Part shown: in pieces, positions 37,326 through 47,641 of the stretch
Layout of the letters: each line of letters opens with the position of its first letter
Numbering within the stretch: the first letter of the stretch is position 1
Assembly (NCBI GenBank): GCA_947382645.1
Contig: CANDAE010000010.1
Location: forward strand, 52,097 to 116,096
Reading direction: 5' to 3'
Source: an uncultured Lachnospiraceae bacterium
GTDB lineage: Bacteria; Bacillota; Clostridia; Lachnospirales; Lachnospiraceae
Length of the DNA: 64,000 nt
Made by a program: the position numbers and the translations under genes
Notes under the pieces: generated by a model
Seen by the model: only the letters and a program-made list of their open reading frames with translations
Database searches by the model: none
What the model was told of the DNA's origin: nothing

Positions 37326-38301
37326 CCCCTTTTTATTAAAACCGGCAGGAAAAGATTATCTGTGGGGCGGCCGCCGGTTAAATGACGATTTTTCAAAAGG
37401 CATTGATATGACGCCGCTGGCGGAAACCTGGGAATGTTCTACCCATCCTGATGGCCTCAGTATCATAAACAGCGGAGTTCATAAAGGCGCTTTTCTTTCT
37501 GACGTGCTGCAGGCACACCCTGAATATTTGGGCCTGCATTCCATGTCCCAAAAAGAGCTTCCAATCCTGATTAAATTTATTGATGCAAAAGATGATTTGT
37601 CTGTACAGGTGCATCCGGACGACGCTTACGCAATGGCCCATGAAAAAGGCGCCAACGGAAAAACAGAAATGTGGTACGTTATGGATGCTTCAAAAGACGC
37701 TAAGCTCATCTACGGTCTTTCCCACACTGCCGATAAGGAAACCATAAAAAAAGGAATTGAAGAGGGAACCCTTGAAAAGTACCTTCAAAAAGTACCTGTT
37801 AAAAAAAATGATGTTTTTTCCATAGAGCCCGGCACCATACATGCCATTGGTGCAGGTGCCCTGATTGCAGAAGTACAGGAAAATTCAAATATTACTTACC
37901 GCCTGTATGATTATGACCGTATAGATAAAACAGGGCATAAAAGAGCTCTGCATATAGAAAAAGCTCTTGATGTGGCTAATTTAAACGGAATCGAAGCACC
38001 AAGACAAAATTTAAGGGTATTAAAATATCAGCCCGGTTGTGCTGTTGAGTTTTTATACCGCTGTAAATATTTTCAAGTGGAACGTATGCTGGTAAATACG
38101 GAGCGGATTCGTGAAATGGTTCCCTTTGCCACCACCGAACTTTCCTTTGAAGTACTGCTGTGCATGGATGGCTGCGGAAGTATATCCTTCGGAAAAAATG
38201 AAATGCTCCACTTCTTTCGCGGCGACTGTATTTTTGTACCTGCAAGCTCTGTTTCCATTAAAATTCATGGCAGTGCACAATTCTTAAAGGTAGGCTGTTA
38301 G
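37291..38301 (+). CDS. manA: Mannose-6-phosphate isomerase, class I
   Basis: Motifs KDYLWGG, LPILIKFIDA, LSVQVHP, GKTEMWY, GTIHAIG and EVQENSNITYRLYDY. Exact start uncertain. Confidence 0.92.
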   Translation: MFMINKNLHLNNPFLLKPAGKDYLWGGRRLNDDFSKGIDMTPLAETWECSTHPDGLSIINSGVHKGAFLSDVLQAHPEYLGLHSMSQKELPILIKFIDAKDDLSVQVHPDDAYAMAHEKGANGKTEMWYVMDASKDAKLIYGLSHTADKETIKKGIEEGTLEKYLQKVPVKKNDVFSIEPGTIHAIGAGALIAEVQENSNITYRLYDYDRIDKTGHKRALHIEKALDVANLNGIEAPRQNLRVLKYQPGCAVEFLYRCKYFQVERMLVNTERIREMVPFATTELSFEVLLCMDGCGSISFGKNEMLHFFRGDCIFVPASSVSIKIHGSAQFLKVGC

Positions 38302-38322
38302 AAAAAATCAGAAAAAAAGTAT

Positions 38323-38351
38323 TTGACTTTTAAATTTTTCAGTGATATTAT
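38323..38351 (+). promoter_or_regulatory. sigmaA promoter of the trp operon (extended -10)
   Basis: TTGACT, 17-bp spacer, TATTAT, with TG at the extended position. Confidence 0.8.
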
Positions 38352-38369
38352 GTAAAAAATTAATAACAC

Positions 38370-38651
38370 CTAAACCGTTGATGCGGAGATAAAGGTGATG
38401 ATGCTCCCACAGAGAGCCCGGATTGCTGAGAACGGGCGGAAAACAAATCATCAAATGGACCGCTGAGGGTGCAGTGAACAATAGTTGCTTCGTAACTATT
38501 CAGTATTCTGCAACGTAAGGCATACGTCAGTTGCCAGGGATATGATGGTATCCCGTAAGCGTACAGCATGGGCTGTAAATCAAGGTGGCACCGCGGATAT
38601 AGTATACTTATTCGTCCTTGACAGAAATACTTCTGTCAGGGGCGTTTTTTT
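38370..38651 (+). ncRNA. T-box riboswitch (tryptophan specifier)
   Basis: AG box (acagagagc), GCTGAG, a UGG specifier at 38456-38458, T-box AAGGTGGCACCGCG at 38582-38595, and a terminator cgtccttgacag...ctgtcaggggcg-TTTTTTT upstream of trpE. Confidence 0.92.
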
Positions 38652-38670
38652 GTGTAAGAAAGGAGACATT

Positions 38671-40131
38671 ATGATACAACCTGAAATCAATGTACTAAAA
38701 GAGCTTCAAAAAGAAAATAAATACAAAACAGCTCCTGTCAGCATGGAAATTCTGTCCGATTTAAGAACTCCCATTGAAGTTCTTAAAATAATAAAAGGGA
38801 TTTCCACCCACTGTTATTTACTGGAATCTGTTTCTGACCACGAAAAATGGGGGCGCTACACCTTTTTAGGATATGATCCCAGCCTGGAAATCACATGCCA
38901 GAACGGACACATGAAACTGGGAGAATCTTCTTTTGAAACCACTGATCCGGGAAAATACATCCGACAGATATTAAGTGAGTACAAAAGTCCCCGATTCCCA
39001 CACCTTCCTCCTTTTACCGGAGGACTGGTAGGATATTTTTCCTATGATTACTTAAAATACTCAGAGCCTTCTTTAGATTTAAACGCAGTTGATACAGAAA
39101 GGTTTAAGGATGTAGATTTAATGCTGTTTGATAAGGTAATTGCTTTTGACAATTTCAGACAGAAAATTATTTTAATTGTTAATATTCATCTTGAACGTTT
39201 AGAAGATGAATACAAACGGGCGTCTGCCGAATTGAATAAAATGGCAGAACTGATAAAGGCAAGCAAACCTGTTTCCGGCTTTTCCGGCAGATGTACTTCT
39301 GACTTCCATCCTTTGTTTCAAAAAGAAGAGTACTGCGCTATGGTGGAAAAGGCCAAACATCACATTAAGGAAGGCGATATTTTTCAGATCGTTCTCTCCA
39401 ACCGCTTTGAGGCTGATTTTGAAGGAAGCCTCTTAAATGCCTACCGGCTTCTTCGAACCCTGAATCCTTCGCCCTACATGTTTTACTTTTCCAGCAGTGA
39501 TTTGGAAGTGGCAGGCGCTTCACCGGAAACTCTGGTTAAACTCAAAAATGATACTCTTTATACATTTCCTTTGGCAGGCACCCGCCAAAGAGGCAGGACG
39601 CCGGAAGAAGATAAAGCACTGGAAAAAGAGCTCTTAGCCGATCCAAAAGAATTAGCCGAGCATAACATGCTGGTGGATCTTGGAAGAAATGACATTGGAA
39701 AAATCAGCAAATTTGGAACTGTAAAAGTAGAGAAATACCTTAGCATCGAAAAGTATTCCCATGTGATGCATATTGGTTCTACTGTACGGGGACAAATCAG
39801 AGAAACAGAAGATGCCCTGTCAGCAATTGATGCTATTCTTCCTGCAGGCACGCTCTCCGGCGCACCAAAAGTCAGGGCCTGCCAGCTCATTAATGATCTG
39901 GAAAACAACAAGCGGGGAATTTACGGAGGGGCAATCGGCTATCTGGACTTTACCGGCAACCTGGACACCTGTATTGCCATCCGGATTGCCTACAGGAAAA
40001 ACGGGAAAGTATTTGTAAGAAGCGGCGCCGGAATTGTAGCCGACTCCGTTCCCGAAAAAGAATATCAGGAGTGCATAAACAAGGCGGCAGCAGTAATCAA
40101 TGCATTAAAATCCATAGAGGAGGTGGAATAA
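38671..40131 (+). CDS. trpE: Anthranilate synthase component I
   Basis: Motifs LLESV, GRYTFLG, GDIFQIVLS, NPSPYM, KELAEHNMLVDLGRND and PAGTLSGAPKVRA. Start after AAAGGAG. Confidence 0.97.
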   Translation: MIQPEINVLKELQKENKYKTAPVSMEILSDLRTPIEVLKIIKGISTHCYLLESVSDHEKWGRYTFLGYDPSLEITCQNGHMKLGESSFETTDPGKYIRQILSEYKSPRFPHLPPFTGGLVGYFSYDYLKYSEPSLDLNAVDTERFKDVDLMLFDKVIAFDNFRQKIILIVNIHLERLEDEYKRASAELNKMAELIKASKPVSGFSGRCTSDFHPLFQKEEYCAMVEKAKHHIKEGDIFQIVLSNRFEADFEGSLLNAYRLLRTLNPSPYMFYFSSSDLEVAGASPETLVKLKNDTLYTFPLAGTRQRGRTPEEDKALEKELLADPKELAEHNMLVDLGRNDIGKISKFGTVKVEKYLSIEKYSHVMHIGSTVRGQIRETEDALSAIDAILPAGTLSGAPKVRACQLINDLENNKRGIYGGAIGYLDFTGNLDTCIAIRIAYRKNGKVFVRSGAGIVADSVPEKEYQECINKAAAVINALKSIEEVE

Positions 40132-40712
40132 TGATTTTACTAATTGACAATTATGACAGTTTTTCCTACAACCTGTTCCAATTAATTGGTTCCTTAAATC
40201 CGGATATTAAAGTCATTAGAAATGATGCTGCTTCTGTAAAGGAAATTGAGGAAATGAAACCGGAAGCAATTATCATTTCCCCCGGCCCGGGCAGACCGGA
40301 GGATGCAGGAATCTGTGTTGATGCTGTAAAAGAATTAGGAAACAAAATCCCCATTCTGGGCGTCTGTCTGGGGCATCAGGCCATTTGTATGGCTTATGGC
40401 GGAACGATCTCCTATGCCAGAGAACTAATGCATGGAAAGCAGTCCGATATGACACTTGACAGAAGCAGTCCCATTTTTCAGGGATTGCCTGATCGAATAC
40501 CTGTTGCAAGATATCACTCTCTTGCACTTGTTGAAGAAACCCTTCCTGAATGCCTTACGATAACCGCAAGAACTGACAATGGAGAAATTATGGCTATCCA
40601 GCATAAAGCATATCCTGTGTATGGCCTGCAGTTTCATCCTGAATCTATTCTTACTCCGAATGGGAAATCTATTGCAGCTAATTTTTTAAAGCAGGTTAAA
40701 GTCTGCAAATGA
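40131..40712 (+). CDS. trpG: Anthranilate synthase component II (glutamine amidotransferase)
   Basis: Motifs [24 protein letters not shown] and QFHPES. TAATG overlap with trpE. Confidence 0.97.
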   Translation: MILLIDNYDSFSYNLFQLIGSLNPDIKVIRNDAASVKEIEEMKPEAIIISPGPGRPEDAGICVDAVKELGNKIPILGVCLGHQAICMAYGGTISYARELMHGKQSDMTLDRSSPIFQGLPDRIPVARYHSLALVEETLPECLTITARTDNGEIMAIQHKAYPVYGLQFHPESILTPNGKSIAANFLKQVKVCK

Positions 40713-40782
40713 AAAAATAAAAGGAAATGTAACTGAAAACTCTAATGTGAATGCCCGGCAAAGCGGGCGGAAAGGAGCAATA

Positions 40783-41799
40783 ATGATTAAAGAAGCAATC
40801 GTAAAAATTGTTGATAAACAGGATTTGACTTATGAAGAGGCTTATGCTGTCATGAATGAAATTATGAGCGGAGAAACTTCTCCTACACAAAATGCAGCTT
40901 TTCTGGCGGCTTTATCCACCAAAAGCACCAAATCAGAAACCATACATGAAATAGCCGGATGTGCCGCCGCCATGAGAAGCCATGCGCTTAAAGTAACTCA
41001 TAATATGGATGTTCTGGAGATTGTTGGTACAGGTGGTGACGGTTCCCACAGTTTTAACATTTCCACTACCTCCGCATTAGTTGCTGCAGCAGGAGGTATT
41101 AAAGTAGCAAAGCATGGCAACCGTGCCGCTTCCTCTAAATGCGGAGCGGCAGACTGTCTGGAAGCCCTCGGTGTTAATATTGATCTTACCCCTGAAAAGT
41201 GTAAAGAGCTTCTTGAAAAAGCCGGAATCTGCTTTTTATTTGCGCAAAAGTATCATACCTCTATGAAATACGTAGGTTCTATCCGTAAGGAGCTTGGTAT
41301 ACGAACCGTATTCAATATTTTAGGTCCTCTGACCAACCCTGCTTCCCCTTCCATGCAGCTTCTGGGGGTTTATGATCCCTCTTTGGTAGAGCCCCTTGCA
41401 AGAGTGCTTTCAAACCTGGGAGTAAAAAGAGGCCTTGTGGTCTATGGACTTGACAAAATGGATGAGATTTCTGCAAGCGCGCCCACTGCTGTCTGTGAAA
41501 TAAATAATGGTGAGTACGCAAGCTATACCATAAAACCGGAAGACTTTGGCCTGACCTCCTGCCATAAAGAAGAACTTACAGGCGGCACTCCGGAGGAAAA
41601 TGCAGCTATCACACTTTCTATTTTAAAAGGAGAAAAAAGCCCCAAAAGAAACGCAGTTCTTCTAAATGCCGGCGCTGCCCTTTATATCGGAGGAAAAGCT
41701 GACAGTATGAAAGACGGTATTTTGTTGGCTGCAGAATTAATTGACAGTGGTAAAGCACTTACAACACTAGAAGCCTTCAAAGAAATAAGCAATTCCTGA
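40783..41799 (+). CDS. trpD: Anthranilate phosphoribosyltransferase
   Basis: Motifs [23 protein letters not shown] and [13 protein letters not shown]. Confidence 0.97.
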   Translation: MIKEAIVKIVDKQDLTYEEAYAVMNEIMSGETSPTQNAAFLAALSTKSTKSETIHEIAGCAAAMRSHALKVTHNMDVLEIVGTGGDGSHSFNISTTSALVAAAGGIKVAKHGNRAASSKCGAADCLEALGVNIDLTPEKCKELLEKAGICFLFAQKYHTSMKYVGSIRKELGIRTVFNILGPLTNPASPSMQLLGVYDPSLVEPLARVLSNLGVKRGLVVYGLDKMDEISASAPTAVCEINNGEYASYTIKPEDFGLTSCHKEELTGGTPEENAAITLSILKGEKSPKRNAVLLNAGAALYIGGKADSMKDGILLAAELIDSGKALTTLEAFKEISNS

Positions 41800-41854
41800 A
41801 AAACCTTTTTCCTATGCTGAGACTTTATAAAAAATGAAAGGATTTCATATCAGA

Positions 41855-42679
41855 ATGGCAACTATTTTAGACACAATTGCAGAATATACAAAAGAACGGG
41901 TTAAAAAGGAAAAAGAAGTTTGCTCTCTGACAAAAATAAAAAGTGAAGCTTTATCTATGAACTGCAATACAGGTTTTCCTTTTGAAAAAGCCCTCTCCTC
42001 ACAGGGCATCAGCTTCATCTGCGAGTGCAAAAAAGCTTCTCCTTCCAAAGGGCTTATTGCTGAGGATTTTCCATATCTGAAAATTGCAGAAGAATATGAA
42101 GCTGCCGGCGCCTCCTGTATTTCCGTTTTGACAGAACCCAAATGGTTTCTGGGAAAAAATGAATATTTAAAAGAAATTGCAGAGCATGTTTCCATCCCCT
42201 GTATCCGCAAGGACTTTGTTGTGGATGAGTACATGATCTATGAAGCAAAGCTGTTGGGTGCCAGTGCAGTTTTGTTAATCTGTTCACTGCTTCCCACTGA
42301 GCTTTTGACGGATTACATTGAAATTTGCAATCGGCTTGGTTTATCCGCCTTGGTGGAAGCACATGATGAACAGGAAATTGCTTCTGCCATAAAAGCGGGC
42401 GCACGTATCATAGGAGTCAATAACCGAAATTTAAAAAATTTTTCTGTAAATGTATGTAACAGCCAAAAACTCCGCACCCTGGTTCCTGAAAGTATTCTTT
42501 TTGTGGCGGAAAGCGGAATTAAAAACCGTAAGGATATAGAAGTTTTAGAGAAAGCCCATGTAGATGCCGTTTTGATTGGAGAAGTACTTATGAAAGCCCA
42601 GGATAAAAAAAGAATGATAAATACTCTAAAAGGCTTAGAGCCTGAAAGTTTTGCAGGTATAGAATCCTTAAAGTTGTAA
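41855..42679 (+). CDS. trpC: Indole-3-glycerol phosphate synthase
   Basis: Motifs ECKKASPSKG, ISVLTE, RKDF, LVEAH and GVNNRNL. Confidence 0.97.
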   Translation: MATILDTIAEYTKERVKKEKEVCSLTKIKSEALSMNCNTGFPFEKALSSQGISFICECKKASPSKGLIAEDFPYLKIAEEYEAAGASCISVLTEPKWFLGKNEYLKEIAEHVSIPCIRKDFVVDEYMIYEAKLLGASAVLLICSLLPTELLTDYIEICNRLGLSALVEAHDEQEIASAIKAGARIIGVNNRNLKNFSVNVCNSQKLRTLVPESILFVAESGIKNRKDIEVLEKAHVDAVLIGEVLMKAQDKKRMINTLKGLEPESFAGIESLKL

Positions 42680-42784
42680 GAGCGTTAATTTATGTGCAAT
42701 CTTAAGGTAATAAAAAAGCAGGATTTCCTGCAGAAAATACCCTGCACAAAGTGTGGATAAAGTAACATTCAAAGGAGTAAAGTC

Positions 42785-43387
42785 ATGACGAAAATAAAAA
42801 TTTGCGGTTTGCAGTCACCGGAAGATATTTCCTGTGTAAATCAATTAAAACCAGATTATATTGGTTTTGTGTTTTTACAGGGAAGAAAAAGATATGTTTC
42901 CCCAAAGGATGCTTTAGCCCTGCGGGCGCTTTTAGATCCTTCTATCCAAAGCGCAGGTGTTTTTGTAAATGAATCAATTGAAAATATTGTTCCCCTTTTA
43001 CAAAGTCAAACCATACAAATTGTGCAGCTTCACGGACAGGAAGACGCTTCTTACGTCCAAAGGCTTAAATCTTTGTATCACTGCCCTGTTATCAAGGCAT
43101 TTATCATAAATACCAAAGAAGATATTCAAAAAGCACTGAATTTTCCTGCTGACTATCTTCTTTTGGATAGCGGCTTAGGAACTGGAAAAACCTTTGACTG
43201 GTCACTAATCCAAAATATAAAACGCCCCTTTTTTCTGGCAGGCGGATTAAATGCGGAAAACGTAGCACAGGCCATATCCATGACACACCCTTATGGAGTA
43301 GATACCAGCTCTGGAGTGGAAACCAGCCACCGAAAAGATGCTGCAAAAATAGAAGCCTTTATCCGCTCTGTCCGCAATATTCAGTGA
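42785..43387 (+). CDS. trpF: Phosphoribosylanthranilate isomerase
   Basis: Motifs KIKICG, QLHG, LLDS, FLAGGL and GVDTSSGVE. Confidence 0.96.
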   Translation: MTKIKICGLQSPEDISCVNQLKPDYIGFVFLQGRKRYVSPKDALALRALLDPSIQSAGVFVNESIENIVPLLQSQTIQIVQLHGQEDASYVQRLKSLYHCPVIKAFIINTKEDIQKALNFPADYLLLDSGLGTGKTFDWSLIQNIKRPFFLAGGLNAENVAQAISMTHPYGVDTSSGVETSHRKDAAKIEAFIRSVRNIQ

Positions 43388-43466
43388 ATCAAATATCTCA
43401 CGCAGGCTGTTCTCTGGCGGATTGCCCGCGAAAATAAAAAATAAAGAGAAAAAGAGAGGAAAATTT

Positions 43467-44657
43467 ATGTCAAATGAAAAAGGACGCTTCGGAGTTCATG
43501 GCGGTCAATACATTCCTGAAACTCTCATGAATGCAGTGATTGAACTGGAAGAAGCTTATAACCATTACAAAAATGATCCTGAATTTAATCAGGAGCTTAC
43601 CACTTTATTTAATGAATATGCGAACCGCCCCAGCCGCCTTTACTATGCGGAAAAAATGACCAGAGATTTGGGCGGCGCAAAAATTTATCTAAAAAGAGAA
43701 GATTTAAATCACACCGGCTCTCACAAAATTAACAATGTATTGGGGCAGGCCCTTTTAGCCAAAAAAATGGGAAAAACCAGATTGATTGCGGAAACCGGCG
43801 CCGGACAACATGGGGTTGCAACTGCAACTGCCGCCGCACTGCTTGGCATGGAATGCGTTGTTTTTATGGGAGAAGAAGACACAAAAAGGCAGGCCCTTAA
43901 CGTATACCGAATGCGGCTTTTAGGCTCTGAGGTTATTCCTGTCAGAACAGGAACCGCCACCTTAAAGGATGCTGTTTCCGAAGCAATGCGGGAATGGACC
44001 AGCCGGATTGATGACACCCACTATTGCCTTGGCTCTGTTATGGGGCCTCATCCCTTTCCTACTATTGTGAGAGATTTTCAGGCTGTTATCTCCAGGGAAA
44101 TCAAGCAGCAGCTTATGGAAAAAGAAGGACGTCTGCCTGATGTGGTGATGGCGTGTGTAGGTGGTGGCAGCAATGCTATGGGTACTTTCTATCATTTTAT
44201 TGGTGATAAAAATGTAAAGCTGATTGGATGTGAAGCTGCCGGACGGGGAACTGACACCTTTGAGACAGCAGCAACTATTGCTACCGGCCGCCCTGGAATT
44301 TTTCATGGAATGAAGTCCTACTTTTGTCAGGATGAATATGGACAGATTGCTCCGGTTTATTCCATTTCCGCCGGTCTTGATTACCCCGGCATCGGACCGG
44401 AACATGCTTATCTTCATGATACAGGTCGGGCTCAATATGTTCCTGTCACAGATGAAGAAGCGGCAAATGCCTTTGAATACCTTTCACGCACAGAAGGCAT
44501 TATACCTGCTATCGAAAGCGCACACGCAGTGGCACATGCCATGAAGATTGCCCCCACATACGAAAAAGATAAAATTATTGTCATTACCATTTCCGGGCGG
44601 GGCGATAAAGACTGTGCTTCCATTGCACGTTACAGAGGGGAGGATATTAATGAGTAA
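43467..44657 (+). CDS. trpB: Tryptophan synthase beta chain
   Basis: Motifs [29 protein letters not shown] and [11 protein letters not shown]. Confidence 0.98.
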   Translation: MSNEKGRFGVHGGQYIPETLMNAVIELEEAYNHYKNDPEFNQELTTLFNEYANRPSRLYYAEKMTRDLGGAKIYLKREDLNHTGSHKINNVLGQALLAKKMGKTRLIAETGAGQHGVATATAAALLGMECVVFMGEEDTKRQALNVYRMRLLGSEVIPVRTGTATLKDAVSEAMREWTSRIDDTHYCLGSVMGPHPFPTIVRDFQAVISREIKQQLMEKEGRLPDVVMACVGGGSNAMGTFYHFIGDKNVKLIGCEAAGRGTDTFETAATIATGRPGIFHGMKSYFCQDEYGQIAPVYSISAGLDYPGIGPEHAYLHDTGRAQYVPVTDEEAANAFEYLSRTEGIIPAIESAHAVAHAMKIAPTYEKDKIIVITISGRGDKDCASIARYRGEDINE

Positions 44658-45441
44658 TATTAAAAAGGCTTTTGCAAATGGCAAAGCATTTATTCCGTTT
44701 ATTACCTGTGGTGATCCCGATCTTGACACCACAAAAGAAATTATACGCGCTATGGCGGCAAATGGTGCTGACCTGATAGAGCTTGGTATTCCCTTCTCCG
44801 ATCCAACCGCAGAAGGGCCGGTTATTCAGGGCGCAAATCTGCGCGCATTAAAGGGGGGCGTAACCACAGACAAAATTTTTAACATGGTAAAAGAACTCCG
44901 TCAGGATTTAAGCCATCCGTTAACTTTGCCAATGGTGTTTATGACTTATGCCAACGTGATATTTTCCTATGGCGCAGAGAAATTTATCAGTACCTGTTCG
45001 GAAATTGGGATAGATGGATTGATTTTGCCTGATCTTCCCTTTGAGGAAAAGGGAGAATTTGATGAAGTCTGCCAAAAATATAACATTGATCTTATTTCCT
45101 TAATTGCGCCTACTTCTGAAAACAGAATTGCCATGATTGCCAAAGACGCGAAAGGATTTATTTACATTGTATCCAGCCTTGGCGTCACCGGCGTAAGAAA
45201 TGAAATTCGTACGGATATTGCTTCTTTGGTAAAACTGGTTCGGGAAAATTCTTCTGTCCCCTGCGCAGTAGGTTTCGGCATCTCCACCCCTGAGCAGGCC
45301 GCTAAAATGGCCGGAATCTCTGATGGCGCAATCGTCGGCTCCGCAATTGTCAAACTGGTGGCGCAGTATGGAAAAGATGCCGCCGGACCGGTTGGGGAAT
45401 ATGTGAAGAAGATGAAGGATGCGGTAAGAAATCATATTTAG
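44650..45441 (+). CDS. trpA: Tryptophan synthase alpha chain
   Basis: Motifs [31 protein letters not shown] and GAIVGSA. Confidence 0.97.
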   Translation: MSNIKKAFANGKAFIPFITCGDPDLDTTKEIIRAMAANGADLIELGIPFSDPTAEGPVIQGANLRALKGGVTTDKIFNMVKELRQDLSHPLTLPMVFMTYANVIFSYGAEKFISTCSEIGIDGLILPDLPFEEKGEFDEVCQKYNIDLISLIAPTSENRIAMIAKDAKGFIYIVSSLGVTGVRNEIRTDIASLVKLVRENSSVPCAVGFGISTPEQAAKMAGISDGAIVGSAIVKLVAQYGKDAAGPVGEYVKKMKDAVRNHI

Positions 45442-45701
45442 TCTGGCTGCTTTCGATTGATCATATGAACGTCTCCTTCGATTTAAGATTATCTTACGAT
45501 ATTCTTCTCATAACGAAGGAGGCATTCTGTGAATTTCTTTATTAGTTTCTTTGTTAGTCTTTAGGATTTCTTTGTTAGTTTCTTTATTGGTTTTTTGATC
45601 CCATTTGCAATTTTGTATATTTTTGTATATGTTCATTCATTTCATTTTCCCTGCCTGTTCAAATATTTATCAAACTTATCTTTTCTACCTGTAATTAAAT
45701 A

Positions 45702-47423
45702 CTAACTTTGCTCAATTTTAAATAATTTACTGTTTTGAGAAAGTTCAACTGCAATATGCGCTTTATTTAATACTTTTTCCGGCAGCTTATCCTTTAAAAT
45801 GGAAATTATCAGTTGGATATTTTTATCCTTAACAAATTCTGCCATCTTAATTAACTGATTATCATGCATAAGCTCTTTTTTGTCATTAAGTAAAAAACGT
45901 AAACATGGTAACTGTTCCTCGTCCGAAAACAATAAATATGCTAAATCAAAGCATAAGATTTCTCCTTGTTTTTTTCCAGAGCTCATATTTGCGTTGAACG
46001 CATTAAATTTATAATATTGTTGTCCTTTTTTATTTATTATTTGCTGATATGTAAGTCCATACGCTTCGCCGTATAATTCCTGCGAAATAGCAGAAAAAAT
46101 TTTATTAAATTTTTTCAATTGCTCTTTTAAAAGAGCCTCAAAATCTCCGGAAAAGAGATAACTATCAATACTTTCAATCTGTTCATTGAGTATACTTATA
46201 TTTCCCTCCACCTCTTCCAATTGTGAGATTACACTTTCATATTCGCCTTTAATCCTATACTTTTCATTTAATTCAAAAATAACTTTCTCTAATTCCTCAA
46301 ATGAATCTCCTTTTGCAATTCTTTCTGTTAATTCTTTCTCTTGCTTTAATAATACTGTTAATTCATTTTGTAATATTGCTAATTTTGCCAACAATCCCGG
46401 TAAGTCTTTTGCAATATACTTAGCCTTTTCTACAATCATATTATTGTGGTATTCGACCAAATCTTCAAATGTTTTTTGTATTCCATTAATACGATCACTT
46501 ACTTCCTTATATAACATTTTCAGCTGTTCCATATCAATTTGAGAAATACTTTTTTCTAAGCTTCGTTTTGAATCTTCAATTAAACCTTTACGAATTTCTA
46601 ATTTACTGATCAATGAACTTGTTTTATTAATGTTGTATCTGACAATATTGAGCTGCTCTAAATCTTCTTCCAATGTTTCATTTAAGTTAAAAGAAATCTT
46701 TCTTTCATTAAGCAAATTAATTTCATCATTAACCATATCTAATGCAATTTCATAAGTCGTTTTCGTCTGCTTTTTTTCCAACCGTTCTTTAAAAATTATT
46801 TCTTGATTAATTTTTGATATCAATGCCTGCTTCTTTGCTCCTTCATCAAAAGAACATCCCAGCAAGTATAAGTATAGCGTCTCATATTCTATATCAGTAG
46901 TAAATTTATCCAATGTCTTTAATGTATTATTGATGCTATCGTCTTTATATCGTATATTATGTGAAATGATCTGTCGAAATGTTGGTTTCTCAACCTCCTT
47001 ATTCGGCATAATCTTTTTTTCTAATTCTTTTTCAAAATCCTTCTCCAAAATCGAGTTCCCATTAATTTTTCTAATAGCTTTTTTACCTTGCAAAAAATTT
47101 CTTTGAATCTTTAATATCTTCGCATTTGGATCATTCAGATTTTCTGTTAAAATCAGTTTTACTTCTATCTCCTCATCAACCAAAAAATTTTTAACAATAT
47201 CATACTCCTCATTCTTGTTTTCCGTATCTGTATAAATTATTTTTCCCTTTGCTCCTAAGCAAAAATCAATAAGTTTCAAAACAGTTGTTTTTCCCACATT
47301 GTTTCCTGTTGATTTTGTATTTTCAAAAGGAGTATCATCAATAATCAAATTTAGTCCTGAACAAAAATCTATTTCCCGAATTATTTCTGTTGGTTTTTCT
47401 ATTATAAGCTTTTTTATGAACAT
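45702..47423 (-). CDS. ABC-three-component/Lamassu-type SMC-like ABC ATPase (DUF2326-like, LmuB-like)
   Basis: Walker A variant GNNVGKTT at the N-terminus, a long coiled coil, and C-terminal MSSGKKQG signature with FLLND/HD. Confidence 0.8.
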   Translation of the reverse strand: MFIKKLIIEKPTEIIREIDFCSGLNLIIDDTPFENTKSTGNNVGKTTVLKLIDFCLGAKGKIIYTDTENKNEEYDIVKNFLVDEEIEVKLILTENLNDPNAKILKIQRNFLQGKKAIRKINGNSILEKDFEKELEKKIMPNKEVEKPTFRQIISHNIRYKDDSINNTLKTLDKFTTDIEYETLYLYLLGCSFDEGAKKQALISKINQEIIFKERLEKKQTKTTYEIALDMVNDEINLLNERKISFNLNETLEEDLEQLNIVRYNINKTSSLISKLEIRKGLIEDSKRSLEKSISQIDMEQLKMLYKEVSDRINGIQKTFEDLVEYHNNMIVEKAKYIAKDLPGLLAKLAILQNELTVLLKQEKELTERIAKGDSFEELEKVIFELNEKYRIKGEYESVISQLEEVEGNISILNEQIESIDSYLFSGDFEALLKEQLKKFNKIFSAISQELYGEAYGLTYQQIINKKGQQYYKFNAFNANMSSGKKQGEILCFDLAYLLFSDEEQLPCLRFLLNDKKELMHDNQLIKMAEFVKDKNIQLIISILKDKLPEKVLNKAHIAVELSQNSKLFKIEQS

Positions 47424-47641
47424 AACTCAACTTCTCCCTTTTCATTAACCTGCGCTACATTAATTAAATACAGCCAATCAAGACATAAAATAAATGTGGA
47501 AAAAGACATCTCTCGTTTTTCTTTTATTCTTTGATACAAACTAAAAATTGACTGTCTTCCTGTTTCTTTTAACTCCTTAAGGAGCATTGCTCCATTATAA
47601 TAAATACATAATTCTGGCTGCATATTATCTGGTAACAGCAT
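47414..47641 (-). CDS. ABC-three-component middle component (LmuC-like), 75 aa
   Basis: Small gene overlapping both neighbours, with a GGAGGG RBS and the LCLDWLYLI motif. Confidence 0.7.
   Translation of the reverse strand: MLLPDNMQPELCIYYNGAMLLKELKETGRQSIFSLYQRIKEKREMSFSTFILCLDWLYLINVAQVNEKGEVELCS

Noticed and set aside
38485-38670. 62-aa N-terminal extension of trpE in the ORF track
   Set aside because: It lies within the T-box leader and terminator; the true start is 38671 after AAAGGAG.
42752-42760. Perfect DnaA box (TGTGGATAA) between trpC and trpF
   Set aside because: A single 9-mer is expected by chance; I saw no cluster, AT-rich unwinding element or dnaA context.
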